A model generated the notes under the pieces. It searched no databases. It saw nothing but the letters and a program-made list of their open reading frames with translations, and had not been told where the DNA came from. The translations under genes and the position numbers were made by a program. A stretch of DNA of 64,000 nucleotides from Candidatus Latescibacterota bacterium (lineage in GTDB: Bacteria; Latescibacterota; UBA2968; UBA8231). Each line of letters starts with the position of its first letter. Within the stretch, counting starts at the first letter, position 1. Location of the stretch: NCBI GenBank assembly GCA_965200315.1, contig OZ241362.1, forward strand, positions 2,400,001 through 2,464,000, read 5' to 3'. Below, piece by piece: positions 33,269-43,122 of this stretch.

Positions 33269-34329
33269 GATAATCCCCTCTGTTTGGTCCAGCGCCGTCT
33301 CACTAGTTCGGCGCGGCGCACATCGCGGTCTGCCGACGAGAGATCTGCTCTGGCTTCGGCTTGCAAATGCGAGGGCTGAGTAACGATCATTAACTGGTTG
33401 ATAAAGCCGAGGGGTAAGCCGTCAATAAGCCCCAAACTACATCCTAAACGCACTGCCGATAGCAAGTTCATAAAATCCTGCCCACTCAACACCCGCGCGT
33501 GTTGCAAAATTCCATACGCCCGCCAAACCTTATCCTCCACTTGAGCTGATGCGTCTGCCATCAGGGCAGCCTGCGCCTCTTTTTCGTGGCCCATGATCTT
33601 TTGGGTTATCTCCGAGAGCTTCTCGACGATCTCCTCTTCGGTTATGCCCAAGGTGGCTTGGTTGGATATCTGGAATAGGTTGCCGACCACATTGGTTCCT
33701 TCTCCGTAGAACCCGCGCACCGCGAAAGCCATGCTAGTCAACCCGCGCATCACCCGTTCCATATCCTCAGTCAGGACCAAGGCCGGCAGATGGATGAGCA
33801 CCGATATCCGCAAGCCCGTCCCCGTATTGGTCGGACAGGCCGTCAAGAAACCCCAGCGCTCTGATTGCGACCAATCCAACTCGCTCCCAAGCGCATCGTC
33901 GAGCGCATCAACCCGCTGCCATGCCGCGTACGTTTGCAAACCCGGGAGGATGGCCTGCAAGCGGAGGTGATCCTCCTCGTTAATCATCACGCCAAGCGAC
34001 TCATCTGCATTGAAGAGCACACCGCGCTGGCCCTTGCTTTTGGCCAGAGCCGGACTAATCAGGTGGCGTTCTACCAGTAACTGACGCTGATTGGCTTGTA
34101 GGGCGTTCATGTGGAAAAAGGCCGCATCGCACATAGGACGGCACTTTGGGGCGGCACTTAGAACCTGTTCGATGATTTTTTTTTGGTCTTCAAGTGTGGT
34201 CTTCGGCGCAAAAGTCCACCCTGCAAGATTGCGGGCCAAGCGGGCGCGACAGCTAACGACCATGCCGTCGGCATCCCCTTCTCCGCTGAGCCAGCTAGCT
34301 GCATTGTAAACGAGATCCTCAATATTCAC
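33265..34329 (-). CDS. mcsB: Protein arginine kinase McsB
   Basis: RARLARN, LVERHLIS, INEEDHLR, TACPTNTGTG, FQISNQ.TLG, RDVRRA. Between mcsA and clpC. Confidence 0.95.
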   Translation of the reverse strand: MNIEDLVYNAASWLSGEGDADGMVVSCRARLARNLAGWTFAPKTTLEDQKKIIEQVLSAAPKCRPMCDAAFFHMNALQANQRQLLVERHLISPALAKSKGQRGVLFNADESLGVMINEEDHLRLQAILPGLQTYAAWQRVDALDDALGSELDWSQSERWGFLTACPTNTGTGLRISVLIHLPALVLTEDMERVMRGLTSMAFAVRGFYGEGTNVVGNLFQISNQATLGITEEEIVEKLSEITQKIMGHEKEAQAALMADASAQVEDKVWRAYGILQHARVLSGQDFMNLLSAVRLGCSLGLIDGLPLGFINQLMIVTQPSHLQAEARADLSSADRDVRRAELVRRRWTKQRGLS

Positions 34330-34331
34330 GG

Positions 34332-34832
34332 TTATTTCCCTTCGAGGACGCGAATGCGGTCCCTGAGCTGAGCCGCCTCTTCAAAGGCCTCTTCCGCCAC
34401 CGCTTGGGCCAGCTCTGCGCACAATCGCTCCAGCTCGTCGGCCGCGTCAGTACTTTGTGCCGCTTCCATCGGCCCTTTTCCCCGGTGCCTGTCGTCGCCG
34501 TGGATGCGATTGAGCAGACGCTCTAACTGTGGGGCGAAAGCATCGTAACAATGCGGGCAGCCGAGGCGACCAATCTTCTTGAACTCCTCGTAGCTCATCT
34601 CGCAAGTCGGACAGTGCGCTCCCCCGTCGCCTTCGGCCCCGGTCAACTTGGCCAATTCTATTTTAATTTCCTTCACCAGTACGGGCGCTTCTTTGGCCTG
34701 TGCAGCCGGGGCTACCCGCACCTTTTTTTTTATAGCGCACTCATGGCAGAGCAAGAGCGTCTGTTTTACGTCGTCAACGATATGAGTAAAGGCCACTGCG
34801 GCCTCGCGCTTGGCGCACACCCCGCATTTCAT
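34332..34832 (-). CDS. mcsA: McsA (CXXC and UVR-domain activator)
   Basis: ATG 34832 (MKCGVC), four CxxC motifs, GRLGCPHCY, EEAFEEAAQLRDRI. Confidence 0.92.
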   Translation of the reverse strand: MKCGVCAKREAAVAFTHIVDDVKQTLLLCHECAIKKKVRVAPAAQAKEAPVLVKEIKIELAKLTGAEGDGGAHCPTCEMSYEEFKKIGRLGCPHCYDAFAPQLERLLNRIHGDDRHRGKGPMEAAQSTDAADELERLCAELAQAVAEEAFEEAAQLRDRIRVLEGK

Positions 34833-35521
34833 GTCGCACCGTCTTCCATATACAATACACCTGCTTCTATGCGCCCTCGGCGATCCATGCTCTGGGCCAG
34901 TTTGCGGTCGTGGGTCATCACCACAAAAGCCTGCCCGCGCTCCCGGGCCAACCCGGCGAGCAGTTGGTGCAAAGACTCGCTGGCCGCCTCGTCGAGATTG
35001 CCCGACGGCTCGTCGGCCAGCACGACCAACGGCTCGTTGACCAGCGCTCGCACCATGGCCACCCGCTGGCATTCGCCGCCCGACAGCGTCCCAGGCCGGT
35101 GGTGCAAGCGGTCGGCTAGTCCGACAGAATCCATCAGTTCAAGGGCTTCCTTGCGGCGATCAACGCCAGCTACCCGCGCCGGCAGCAAGACGTTTTCCAG
35201 CGCGGTAAATTCCGGCAGCAGGTAGTGAAATTGAAATACGAAACCAATGTGCCGATTGCGAAAGCGCGAAAGCGCCTGATCGCCGAGGTTGAGCACATCG
35301 GTGTCGGCGATTCGCAATTGGCCAGCCGTCGGCAGGTCGAGCGTACCCAACAAGTACAGCAAGGTACTTTTGCCAACTCCAGACTCGCCCATAACCGCGA
35401 CTAGCTCGCCCGTACGCACCACTAAGTCCACGCCCTTGAGCACTTCCAAGCCCTCACCGCTGGTGTCGAATACCTTGCGCAAACCGCACGCTTCGAGAAT
35501 GATATCGGCTTCTTTCACCAT
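34829..35521 (-). CDS. lolD: Lipoprotein-releasing ABC ATPase LolD
   Basis: GESGVGKST, GFVFQFHYLLPEFTALEN, LSGGECQRVA, ADEPSGNLD. Confidence 0.9.
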   Translation of the reverse strand: MVKEADIILEACGLRKVFDTSGEGLEVLKGVDLVVRTGELVAVMGESGVGKSTLLYLLGTLDLPTAGQLRIADTDVLNLGDQALSRFRNRHIGFVFQFHYLLPEFTALENVLLPARVAGVDRRKEALELMDSVGLADRLHHRPGTLSGGECQRVAMVRALVNEPLVVLADEPSGNLDEAASESLHQLLAGLARERGQAFVVMTHDRKLAQSMDRRGRIEAGVLYMEDGAT

Positions 35522-35522
35522 C

Positions 35523-36788
35523 TTACATTATATACCGAATGGCTTCTACGGGCATTAATCCCGCGGCCTTGCGCGCCGGATAAATTGACGTCGCCAAGCA
35601 GATGACCATGCTAATCGCCGCTACCAGTGCAAAGTCCACGACATCCATATCCACGGGCAACGAACTGATGAAATACATGTCCCCGGGAATGGAAATCAGC
35701 GCAAAGTGCTGTTGGGCTAAACAGAGCGCAAAACCGATCAAGCAGCCCAAGAAGGTGCCGATGCCGCCAATGACCAAGCCCTGATAGATGAAAATGCGAT
35801 AAATCTCGCCCACGGTGCAACCGATTGTCCGCAAAATGCCGATCTCGGGCGTCTTGATCAGCACCGACATGACTAGGATCGACATGATGTTAAAAGCAGC
35901 AACCAGCACGATGAGACTCAGCGCGAGGAAAATTGCCCATTTTTCCAACTCGATCCAGCGGAAGAACTCGGGAAAAAGCTGGGTCCAATCGCGCACTTGA
36001 TAGGGATAGCCCAACTCCTCGACTAGGCGGTCGCGGATCTCAGGTGCTTGATAGATGTCTGCGACGTGGATGTGGATATCGGTAATCTCATCGCCCAATT
36101 CGAGCATGCGTTGGGCGTCTTCTATATGAATAAAAGCATAGTTGTCATCGTACTGGTACATGCCGCTTTCAAAGTGATCGGTCACGAAAAAGGACCACGG
36201 ACGCGGCGAGAAACCATCCAGCACGGCTGCTTCCACATCGAGATTCTGCACCGTCATCAGCAACACCTCAGAACCCGGCCCTACGTGCAAGCGCCGCGCC
36301 AAGTACTCGCCGAGGACAATCCCCCGCTTATTTAGCTCTGCGAGCAAACCGAGGCGTAGTTGCCCTTCTGGCTTGGCGTAGCGCAGGTGTTCGTTCAGGT
36401 CGGAAACCGCTGGAAAGGTCGCCGGATCAATGCCCCACACGGGAATGCCATCGACCCGGCCCAAGTCGAGCTGGGAGGCAATAATGACCTTGGAATCCAC
36501 GACCGGGGCTGCACCTACGACCCCGGCAGCACCTTGCACCTGCTGCAACAGCGCGTCCCAGCCCGCAATGGGTCCACCGTCGAAGCGGCGAATGTTGACA
36601 TGGGCGTTCATGCCGATTAGCCGGTTTTTGACTTCGCCGGCAAAACCATTCGTCACCGAGAGAATGATCACCAAAGCCGCGACCCCCAAGATCACCCCAC
36701 CGACGGCCATATAGGCGATGACCGAGAAGAAGCCCTCGCGCTGCTTGGAGCGCAGGTAGCGGCCGGCGACAAACAAGGCAATGCTCAC
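35523..36788 (-). CDS. lolC: Lipoprotein-releasing permease LolC/E
   Basis: RYLRSK, GVAALVIILSVTNGF, LIVLVAAFNI, EIGILRTIG, YPARKAA. GTG start 36788. Confidence 0.9.
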   Translation of the reverse strand: MSIALFVAGRYLRSKQREGFFSVIAYMAVGGVILGVAALVIILSVTNGFAGEVKNRLIGMNAHVNIRRFDGGPIAGWDALLQQVQGAAGVVGAAPVVDSKVIIASQLDLGRVDGIPVWGIDPATFPAVSDLNEHLRYAKPEGQLRLGLLAELNKRGIVLGEYLARRLHVGPGSEVLLMTVQNLDVEAAVLDGFSPRPWSFFVTDHFESGMYQYDDNYAFIHIEDAQRMLELGDEITDIHIHVADIYQAPEIRDRLVEELGYPYQVRDWTQLFPEFFRWIELEKWAIFLALSLIVLVAAFNIMSILVMSVLIKTPEIGILRTIGCTVGEIYRIFIYQGLVIGGIGTFLGCLIGFALCLAQQHFALISIPGDMYFISSLPVDMDVVDFALVAAISMVICLATSIYPARKAAGLMPVEAIRYIM

Positions 36789-37880
36789 GCTTGCCCCTCG
36801 GTCAAATAGGTCCGAATGAATCGGTCGATGTCGCCGTCCATTACCGCTTGGACATTGGCCGTTTCGCAAGCGGTGCGGTGGTCCTTGACTATAGTGTATG
36901 GATGGAACACGTAGGAGCGGATCTGCGATCCGAAATCGATGCTCTTCTTGGTGTTCTCCACTGCGAGTTGCTTCTGTTTCTGTTCGTCCTTGAGGTGCTG
37001 ATACAGGCGAGCCTTTAACACCTTAAACGCAGTGGCTTTGTTCTTGAACTGCGAGCGCTCGTTTTGACACTGGACGACAATGCCGGTGGGCAGATGCGTG
37101 AGCCGCACGGCTGAGGCGGTCTTGTTCACGTGTTGGCCGCCCGCGCCCCCGGAGCGGTAGGTTTCGACCTTCACGTCCTCGTCGTTGAGGTCCACCTCTA
37201 TATCGTCTTCGACTTCTGGATAGACAAAGACCGAAGCAAACGAAGTGTGGCGACGGCGACTTGTGTCAAAAGGCGAGAGCCGCACTAGGCGATGGACGCC
37301 GGCCTCGGCCTTGAGGTAGCCATACGCATAATCCCCTTTAACCTCAATGGTTACGCCCTTGATGCCGGCTTCCTCGGCCTGCTGCAGATCCACGACCGCG
37401 CATTCCATGCCGTGGCGCTCGGTCCAGCGCGTGTACAGGCGCATCAACATCGACGCCCATTCGGCTGCATCCGTACCCCCTGCCCCCGAGTGAATGACGA
37501 GAATCGCGTTTTTGGAGTCTTCTGCGTCGTTGAGCATCGTGCGAAACTCCAGTTCGCCAATGCCCTGCATGGCGCATTCGACCTCGGCTTCGACCTCGGC
37601 CAGTGCCTCGGTATCGCCTTCTTCGACCGCCATCTGCCGCAGTTGGTCCAAGTCCTCCAACTGCGCGTCCAAGGCCTCCCAATCCGCAATGGTGTCCTTG
37701 AGGATACGCGCTGTCTTGCCGACGGATTCGGCCTGACGCCGGTCGTTCCAAAAGCCCGCGGCCGCCATACGCTTTTCTAGTGAGGCTAGCTCTTCCTTTT
37801 TGCCACTTATGTCAAAGATACCCTCGCAGCCGCTCTAGTTGCTGCCGCCCGCTTGCTAACTGTTCCTCAATCGTGGCCAT
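36785..37880 (-). CDS. prfB: Peptide chain release factor 2 with programmed +1 frameshift (about 364 aa)
   Basis: ORF1 MATIEEQLASGRQQLERLRGYL ends at GAGGG-TAT-CTT-TGA-C. The +1 frame continues DISGKKEE...MAAAGFW, with the SPF tripeptide and GGQ motif. Confidence 0.96.
37811..37825 (-). promoter_or_regulatory. prfB +1 frameshift site (internal SD plus CTT TGA C)
   Basis: Matches the established RF2 autoregulatory slippery signal. Confidence 0.93.
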
Positions 37881-38394
37881 TGTCGTCTTCCTCGGTTTCG
37901 TTGTAGCGATCAAAAAGGAGGCTTTCGTGCTTGCGGTCAGAGGGGATTTCAAAAAGTAGCTGCCCCTCGTAAACCGTGCCCTTCGTCCCCTTGAACTCAT
38001 TGGTGTGCGCAATAAAAAACGGCGAGCGCGACAGCGGGTAATACCGCCGCCCAAGGTCGTCAACGAGCTGAAAGCAGCGCGGCACAATCGACCACGCAAG
38101 CTGCAAATTCACCTGCAAACGCACATCGATGAGCACGAACTTGTGGCCCTCGTCGGGCGGACCGTGAAAAAAGTGCATGTAGCGCACCCCGTCCACGGGC
38201 ACCGTCAGGGCAACTTGGTTGTTGATGTTGGCGAACAGGTTGGTCAGATTCTCCAGCTTGTCCACCGATCCGCCCGTCAAGCTCACCCCAATGTAGATCG
38301 GCACGAAGAGGGTCACGCCGCCCAAGACGACGCGGTTGAGCAGCCGCAGGCGTTTGCTGAGCTGCTTCTTGCGCTCGTCTGCCGAGATCACCAT
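37867..38394 (-). CDS. Hypothetical single-TM protein with DUF4352-like Ig domain
   Basis: N-terminal TM, then GHKFVLIDV, FQLVDDLGRRY, EGQLLFEIP. Confidence 0.6.
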   Translation of the reverse strand: MVISADERKKQLSKRLRLLNRVVLGGVTLFVPIYIGVSLTGGSVDKLENLTNLFANINNQVALTVPVDGVRYMHFFHGPPDEGHKFVLIDVRLQVNLQLAWSIVPRCFQLVDDLGRRYYPLSRSPFFIAHTNEFKGTKGTVYEGQLLFEIPSDRKHESLLFDRYNETEEDDNGHD

Positions 38395-38412
38395 GGCGTT
38401 TCCTCAGAGCAC

Positions 38413-40068
38413 CTAGCGCACAAGGGCAATTTTGCCCAAGCGGATGCGGCTAGGCAACCGTAGCTGATAGAAGTACATCCCGTTGGCCACGGCCCGGCTC
38501 GGTGTCCAGCGCGGGGCGCGGCCCGGCCGGTCGTGGCTTCCCGGCCACAGGTCCCAACGCTCGGTGAATACCAACCGGCCCACTACGTCAAAAACGCTCA
38601 ACTCGACGAGGCCGCGCTCGGCTAGCTGCACTGGAAAATGCATCACCCCGTCCCGCGCTGGATTGGGAAAAGGTGCCAACAGGCGGTCCTCCTCCGGCAG
38701 CACCTCGTCGAGGCCACTGGCCGCCAATGCGTTTATCTGCCCCCAGCCATACACCGTGTCGGGACCGGCGGTTCCCAAGTCCAGCGCGGTCGAGCGCAAA
38801 GCCTCCAGTACTTGGGCTGGCGTCCATTCGGGATTTTTTTGCAACAACAGGGCACAAACCCCGCTCACCAAGGGGGCCGCAAAAGAAGTGCCACCTCTAT
38901 GCACATAGCCGCCGAGCCGCAGATCCGCGACTGCTACGCCGCTGCCGGGCGCGACCACATCCGGCTTGATGCGGCCATCGGCCGTCGGCCCCCGCGAGCT
39001 AAAGGAAGCAATCTGCGGCATGCGCTCGCCGCTGCCGGGCACATCTACTGCCCCCACCGCAATCGCGCCATCGGCGTCCGCCGGCACTGTTATGTAGTGC
39101 CAATCCCCGTTGGCCTCATTGCCCGCGGCCACCACCACCACGATGCCGCGCCGCACCGCCAGTGCCGCCGCTACGCTCGTAAGCGCGGTTTCCCCGTCCA
39201 GGTCCGCTGGCGAGTAGCCAGTGCCGTCGTCCCACCTATTGTAGCCCAACGAGCTGTTGACCACCTGCGCTCCCAAGCTGTCCGCCCACTCTAAGCCGGC
39301 GATCCAGCGATCCTCCTCCGAGGGCATTTCGGGCATGTTGTCGTCTAGTTCGGTCTTGGCCAAGATGTACTCGGCGTCGGGTGCCACACCGACAAAGTGA
39401 TCGGGCTGATAACCTGCCAGCAGGGAAAGCACTTGTGCTCCGTGCAAGTTTTGGCTGCCGCTCCTTTCGTCGCCCGTGACGGGTTGATCGGCTTCATCGC
39501 TGACAATCCCGTCGTCATTGACAAAGTCGCGCTGGGCCACCACGCGAATGGAAGCGAAGGCCTCGTGTTCGACGTAGTGGAAACCGTTGTCGAGCAAGGC
39601 CACGCGTACCCCAGCACCCGTAAAACCCCGGTCGTGTAGGAGGGGAACGGCGATTTGGGTCAACTGCTCAGAGGCTAGGCCATAACGGCTTTGCAACAAC
39701 TTGGGGCTGGCAAACAGTTCGGGCGGCGGTGGACTAGGCCGCTGCAAGCGCTGCACGAGCCGCGTTGCAATGACAAATTCCGCAGTCTGCACTCGGCGCT
39801 GTACTTCGGGCGAAACCCGCGCACTGACCGCGTTGAGCCAACGCGAAGAGAAGCGCACGGCCACCCCCATCTCCCGTAGCCGCTCGATATAACGTTGGCT
39901 GACAGGCAGGTCTAGCTCCGCGTCCGTATGACCAGCCCCCAAATCCACCCAAGCGATGCGCCGTCCCTCGGCATCCGTTTTGTCGCGCAACAGAATCCAG
40001 ACACTCTGATCTGCTGTAACCGCCAAGGCACCCGCGTGTGCCAGCAGAGCCGCGCACCACCACCGCAT
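38413..40068 (-). CDS. Secreted S8 subtilisin-like serine peptidase with FlgD-Ig/T9SS-like C-terminal domain
   Basis: Catalytic D (ALLDNG), H (HGAQVL), oxyanion AAGNE, S (GTSFAAP). CTD PFPNP...FDVVGRLV...GMYFYQL. Confidence 0.9.
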   Translation of the reverse strand: MRWWCAALLAHAGALAVTADQSVWILLRDKTDAEGRRIAWVDLGAGHTDAELDLPVSQRYIERLREMGVAVRFSSRWLNAVSARVSPEVQRRVQTAEFVIATRLVQRLQRPSPPPPELFASPKLLQSRYGLASEQLTQIAVPLLHDRGFTGAGVRVALLDNGFHYVEHEAFASIRVVAQRDFVNDDGIVSDEADQPVTGDERSGSQNLHGAQVLSLLAGYQPDHFVGVAPDAEYILAKTELDDNMPEMPSEEDRWIAGLEWADSLGAQVVNSSLGYNRWDDGTGYSPADLDGETALTSVAAALAVRRGIVVVVAAGNEANGDWHYITVPADADGAIAVGAVDVPGSGERMPQIASFSSRGPTADGRIKPDVVAPGSGVAVADLRLGGYVHRGGTSFAAPLVSGVCALLLQKNPEWTPAQVLEALRSTALDLGTAGPDTVYGWGQINALAASGLDEVLPEEDRLLAPFPNPARDGVMHFPVQLAERGLVELSVFDVVGRLVFTERWDLWPGSHDRPGRAPRWTPSRAVANGMYFYQLRLPSRIRLGKIALVR

Positions 40069-40072
40069 TCCC

Positions 40073-40717
40073 TTACTCAACAGGGGGTTCCCTCGTGTCC
40101 AGCACCTCCACCCCTTCTGGCACCTCAAAAGAAAAGGTTTCGTCGGCTATCCTCCTGTTGGCACGGTGATCCTTAAGGACGTACGCAGTGCGATTGCCAT
40201 TGGCCTCGCGCTGCTCGACTTGCAATAGAAGCCACCCCCTAGGATCCACCCAAACCCTCATCTGTTCGACTACAGAGGCTTCGTTTTCCGGTGCCATGAT
40301 CAACAAATAGCAGGACCGCCCCCCCAACGCACTTTCCTCCACCGCAATAGGCAAATAGCGCTCGGTATAGTCGAAAAACACTTCCCACGGGGTCTTTATT
40401 TCCGCTTCGTAGGGGCTGATCACCACTTGGCCGTTGTGCACTACATACGACCAGACGGCCTTGCCATCGGCCACCACCACATCGCCGCCTTCCAGTTCGA
40501 TGCGAAAGCGGTTTGGGCGGCGCAAATAGATCCGGCCCTCGCGGCTACGGTACTTGTCCAGCACGGCCCAGTAGAACTGCTTTTCAAAGCGGGCTGAAAA
40601 CGTCTTGTAGCTAGCGAGACGCTTTTGCACCTTAGCGATGATCTCTTCGCCGCTCTGTCCAAGAGCCGTGCTTGCCGCCAAGCACATACAAGAAACGGCC
40701 CACAACCACAGTCTCAT
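40073..40717 (-). CDS. lolA: Outer-membrane lipoprotein carrier LolA
   Basis: Signal peptide, RPNRFR, VADGKAVWSY, FSFEVPEGVEV. Follows ftsK. Confidence 0.88.
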   Translation of the reverse strand: MRLWLWAVSCMCLAASTALGQSGEEIIAKVQKRLASYKTFSARFEKQFYWAVLDKYRSREGRIYLRRPNRFRIELEGGDVVVADGKAVWSYVVHNGQVVISPYEAEIKTPWEVFFDYTERYLPIAVEESALGGRSCYLLIMAPENEASVVEQMRVWVDPRGWLLLQVEQREANGNRTAYVLKDHRANRRIADETFSFEVPEGVEVLDTREPPVE

Positions 40718-43020
40718 TCTTCCGCGTACTCCTCTTCCGCGCTCTCGATGAAAATCTCGCGCGGCTTTGCCCCAACGATCGGCCCGACGATACCGGCAGC
40801 CTCCAGCTCGTCCATCAACCGTGCGGCGCGGGAATAACCCACTTTCAAGCGCCGCTGCAAAAACGATGTGGAGGCCTGCTGGTGTTCGCGGACTAAGCTC
40901 ACGGCATCGTCGAAAAGGTCGTCGCGTGCATTGGCAGCCGCGTTAATATCCGGCTGCTCGGAAAACACCGCAACTTCCTCGGCCTCGTACTCGCTCTCTT
41001 TTAATACCGCGACCAAGCGCTCGGTTTCCTCGCTAGAAATAAAGGCTCCGTGGACGCGGAGCGGCTCGCCTTGGCCGCTCGGTAAAAAGAGCATATCACC
41101 CATCCCCAACAGCCGCTCGGCCCCGTTGAGATCGAGAATCGTGCGCGAGTCCGTCTTTGACGCCACTTGGAAGGCAATGCGCGACGGAAAGTTGGCCTTG
41201 ATTACCCCGGTAATCACGTTCACTGAAGGCCGCTGGGTCGCCAAAATGATGTGAATGCCCACGGCGCGCGACTTCTGCGCCAGACCCATCAGCGAAGTCT
41301 CCACCTCAGCGGGAGCCGTCAGCATCAAATCGGCAAATTCGTCGATTACTATCACCATGTACGCCAGCGGCTTCTCAGGCTCAACGCCGTCTTCGGCAGC
41401 CTCGGCTTGGACGTGCGCCAGTTTGGCGTTGTAGTCGGACAGATTGCGCACTCCCAGCTTGGCCAGTTTCTGGTAGCGAGCTTCCATTTCGGCTACCGCC
41501 CACTTCAGGGCCTCGGCGGCCCTTTTCGGCTCGGTGATAACCGGCACCAACAAGTGCGGTATATCGTTGTACATCGTCAATTCGACGACCTTGGGATCGA
41601 CCATGATAAAGCGCACTTCGTCCGGCGTGGCCTTGAGGAGGATGCTGCAAATTAGGCTGTTCAGGCACACGCTCTTGCCGGCCCCGGTGGCACCGGCGAC
41701 TAATAGATGAGGCATTTTGGCCAAATCCGCGGCGCACGGCTCGCCCGAAATAGTCTTGCCCAGCACCATGACCAGCTTGGAATCCGACCGGCTGAACACC
41801 TCGTCTTCGACGATCTCGCGCAAGTAAACCGTCTCTCGCTCCTGATTGGCAATCTCCACCCCCACCACGGATTTGCCCGGCACCGGCGCTTGAATGCGAA
41901 TGCCTTTGGCGCTCATCACGCGCGCGAGATCGTCCGAAAGCGCGGCAATGCGATTGACCTTGACTCCAAGGGCCGGCTCTACCTCGTAGCGCGTTACTAC
42001 CGGCCCGGGACTCACCTCTACAACCTTGCTGGCCACGTCGAAATTGTCCAACGCACTCTCCAGCAGTTTGGCGTTTTCCAGCAAGGTCTCCTTAGAGACG
42101 CGGCTGAGGTTGGCTGGGATTTCGTCTAGCAACGCAGGATTCGGGATTTCGTAGCGACCCCCGGTGGGCTTGCGGGCTGGCTCGGCCTTTTCTCTTTTGC
42201 GCTCCGGCGCGGGGGCAGCCGCATCGGCAACCACGGGTTTCTTCTTCTTTTTGCGCGCCCGTTGCTCAACGCGCACAGGCTCCTGCACGCGAGGCTCCAC
42301 CGCCTCTTCAACCATTGACTTCCAAGAGGCCCCTGCCGCCTCAACGCGAGGCTCTGCACCGATCTCCGGCCGCGTCGCTCCCCCCACCTTGTCCTTCTCC
42401 CGCTTTGCCGTTTTGCTTTTCGCAGCAAAGCGGAATCGCCGCAAACGCCCGAGCCACCGCCCGAGCCACCGCCAAACCACCGCCAAACCACCGCCAAACC
42501 ACGCCAACAATCGCCAGTTCAGACCAGGGGTCAAAATCACCGCAACCACAAAGAGCGCACCCAGCAAAACCGCCGCCCCTAGCCTCCCTAGATACGGTAT
42601 GAGGATATCCAAACTGATCTGGGTTCCCAGCACGCCGCCTAGGGCGTAGGCCGTGTGCGGCGAATAGTCGGGCAGACCGGTAGCGACGCTGATAAAGACG
42701 GCCATGAACAAAAGGCCCACACTGCGCTGCACCGCAAGAGCCACCGACTGGCAACGCACCCTATTCCAACCCCACAGCAACAAGAGCATGGGCCAGACAT
42801 ACGCCGTCAGTCCCATGCTCGCAAAGGCCCCATACGACGCATGCGCACCGATCCACCCCCCCCAATTCAAATTCTCCGCCACCGAGCGGCTCGAATTAGG
42901 AGGGTCCAGCGGCGAATGGGAGATCAAGCAGACAAACAAAAACGCGCCGAGGCCGAGGAGGAGCACCCCTAGCACTTGGGGTCTTTTCTCGCCTTTGGGC
43001 GTATGCAAAAACTCGGACAT
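40714..43020 (-). CDS. ftsK: DNA translocase FtsK
   Basis: N-terminal TMs, GPVVTRYE, PHLLVAGATGAGKS, IDEFADLM, ATQRPS, gamma domain QRRLKVGYSRAARL. Confidence 0.96.
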   Translation of the reverse strand: MSEFLHTPKGEKRPQVLGVLLLGLGAFLFVCLISHSPLDPPNSSRSVAENLNWGGWIGAHASYGAFASMGLTAYVWPMLLLLWGWNRVRCQSVALAVQRSVGLLFMAVFISVATGLPDYSPHTAYALGGVLGTQISLDILIPYLGRLGAAVLLGALFVVAVILTPGLNWRLLAWFGGGLAVVWRWLGRWLGRLRRFRFAAKSKTAKREKDKVGGATRPEIGAEPRVEAAGASWKSMVEEAVEPRVQEPVRVEQRARKKKKKPVVADAAAPAPERKREKAEPARKPTGGRYEIPNPALLDEIPANLSRVSKETLLENAKLLESALDNFDVASKVVEVSPGPVVTRYEVEPALGVKVNRIAALSDDLARVMSAKGIRIQAPVPGKSVVGVEIANQERETVYLREIVEDEVFSRSDSKLVMVLGKTISGEPCAADLAKMPHLLVAGATGAGKSVCLNSLICSILLKATPDEVRFIMVDPKVVELTMYNDIPHLLVPVITEPKRAAEALKWAVAEMEARYQKLAKLGVRNLSDYNAKLAHVQAEAAEDGVEPEKPLAYMVIVIDEFADLMLTAPAEVETSLMGLAQKSRAVGIHIILATQRPSVNVITGVIKANFPSRIAFQVASKTDSRTILDLNGAERLLGMGDMLFLPSGQGEPLRVHGAFISSEETERLVAVLKESEYEAEEVAVFSEQPDINAAANARDDLFDDAVSLVREHQQASTSFLQRRLKVGYSRAARLMDELEAAGIVGPIVGAKPREIFIESAEEEYAEE
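42446..42501. repeat. Short tandem repeats in ftsK (12-mer x2, then 11-mer CCGCCAAACCA x3)
   Basis: Read directly from sequence. Confidence 0.85.
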
Positions 43021-43122
43021 AGAGCCACAGACTCCGCTAGTACCTAGGTTGGGAAGCAATCAGATTGGAAAGGGGATTAACAAAAATAAACAAAAACGCG
43101 GCTTTTTGCATCTTGCGGGGCG

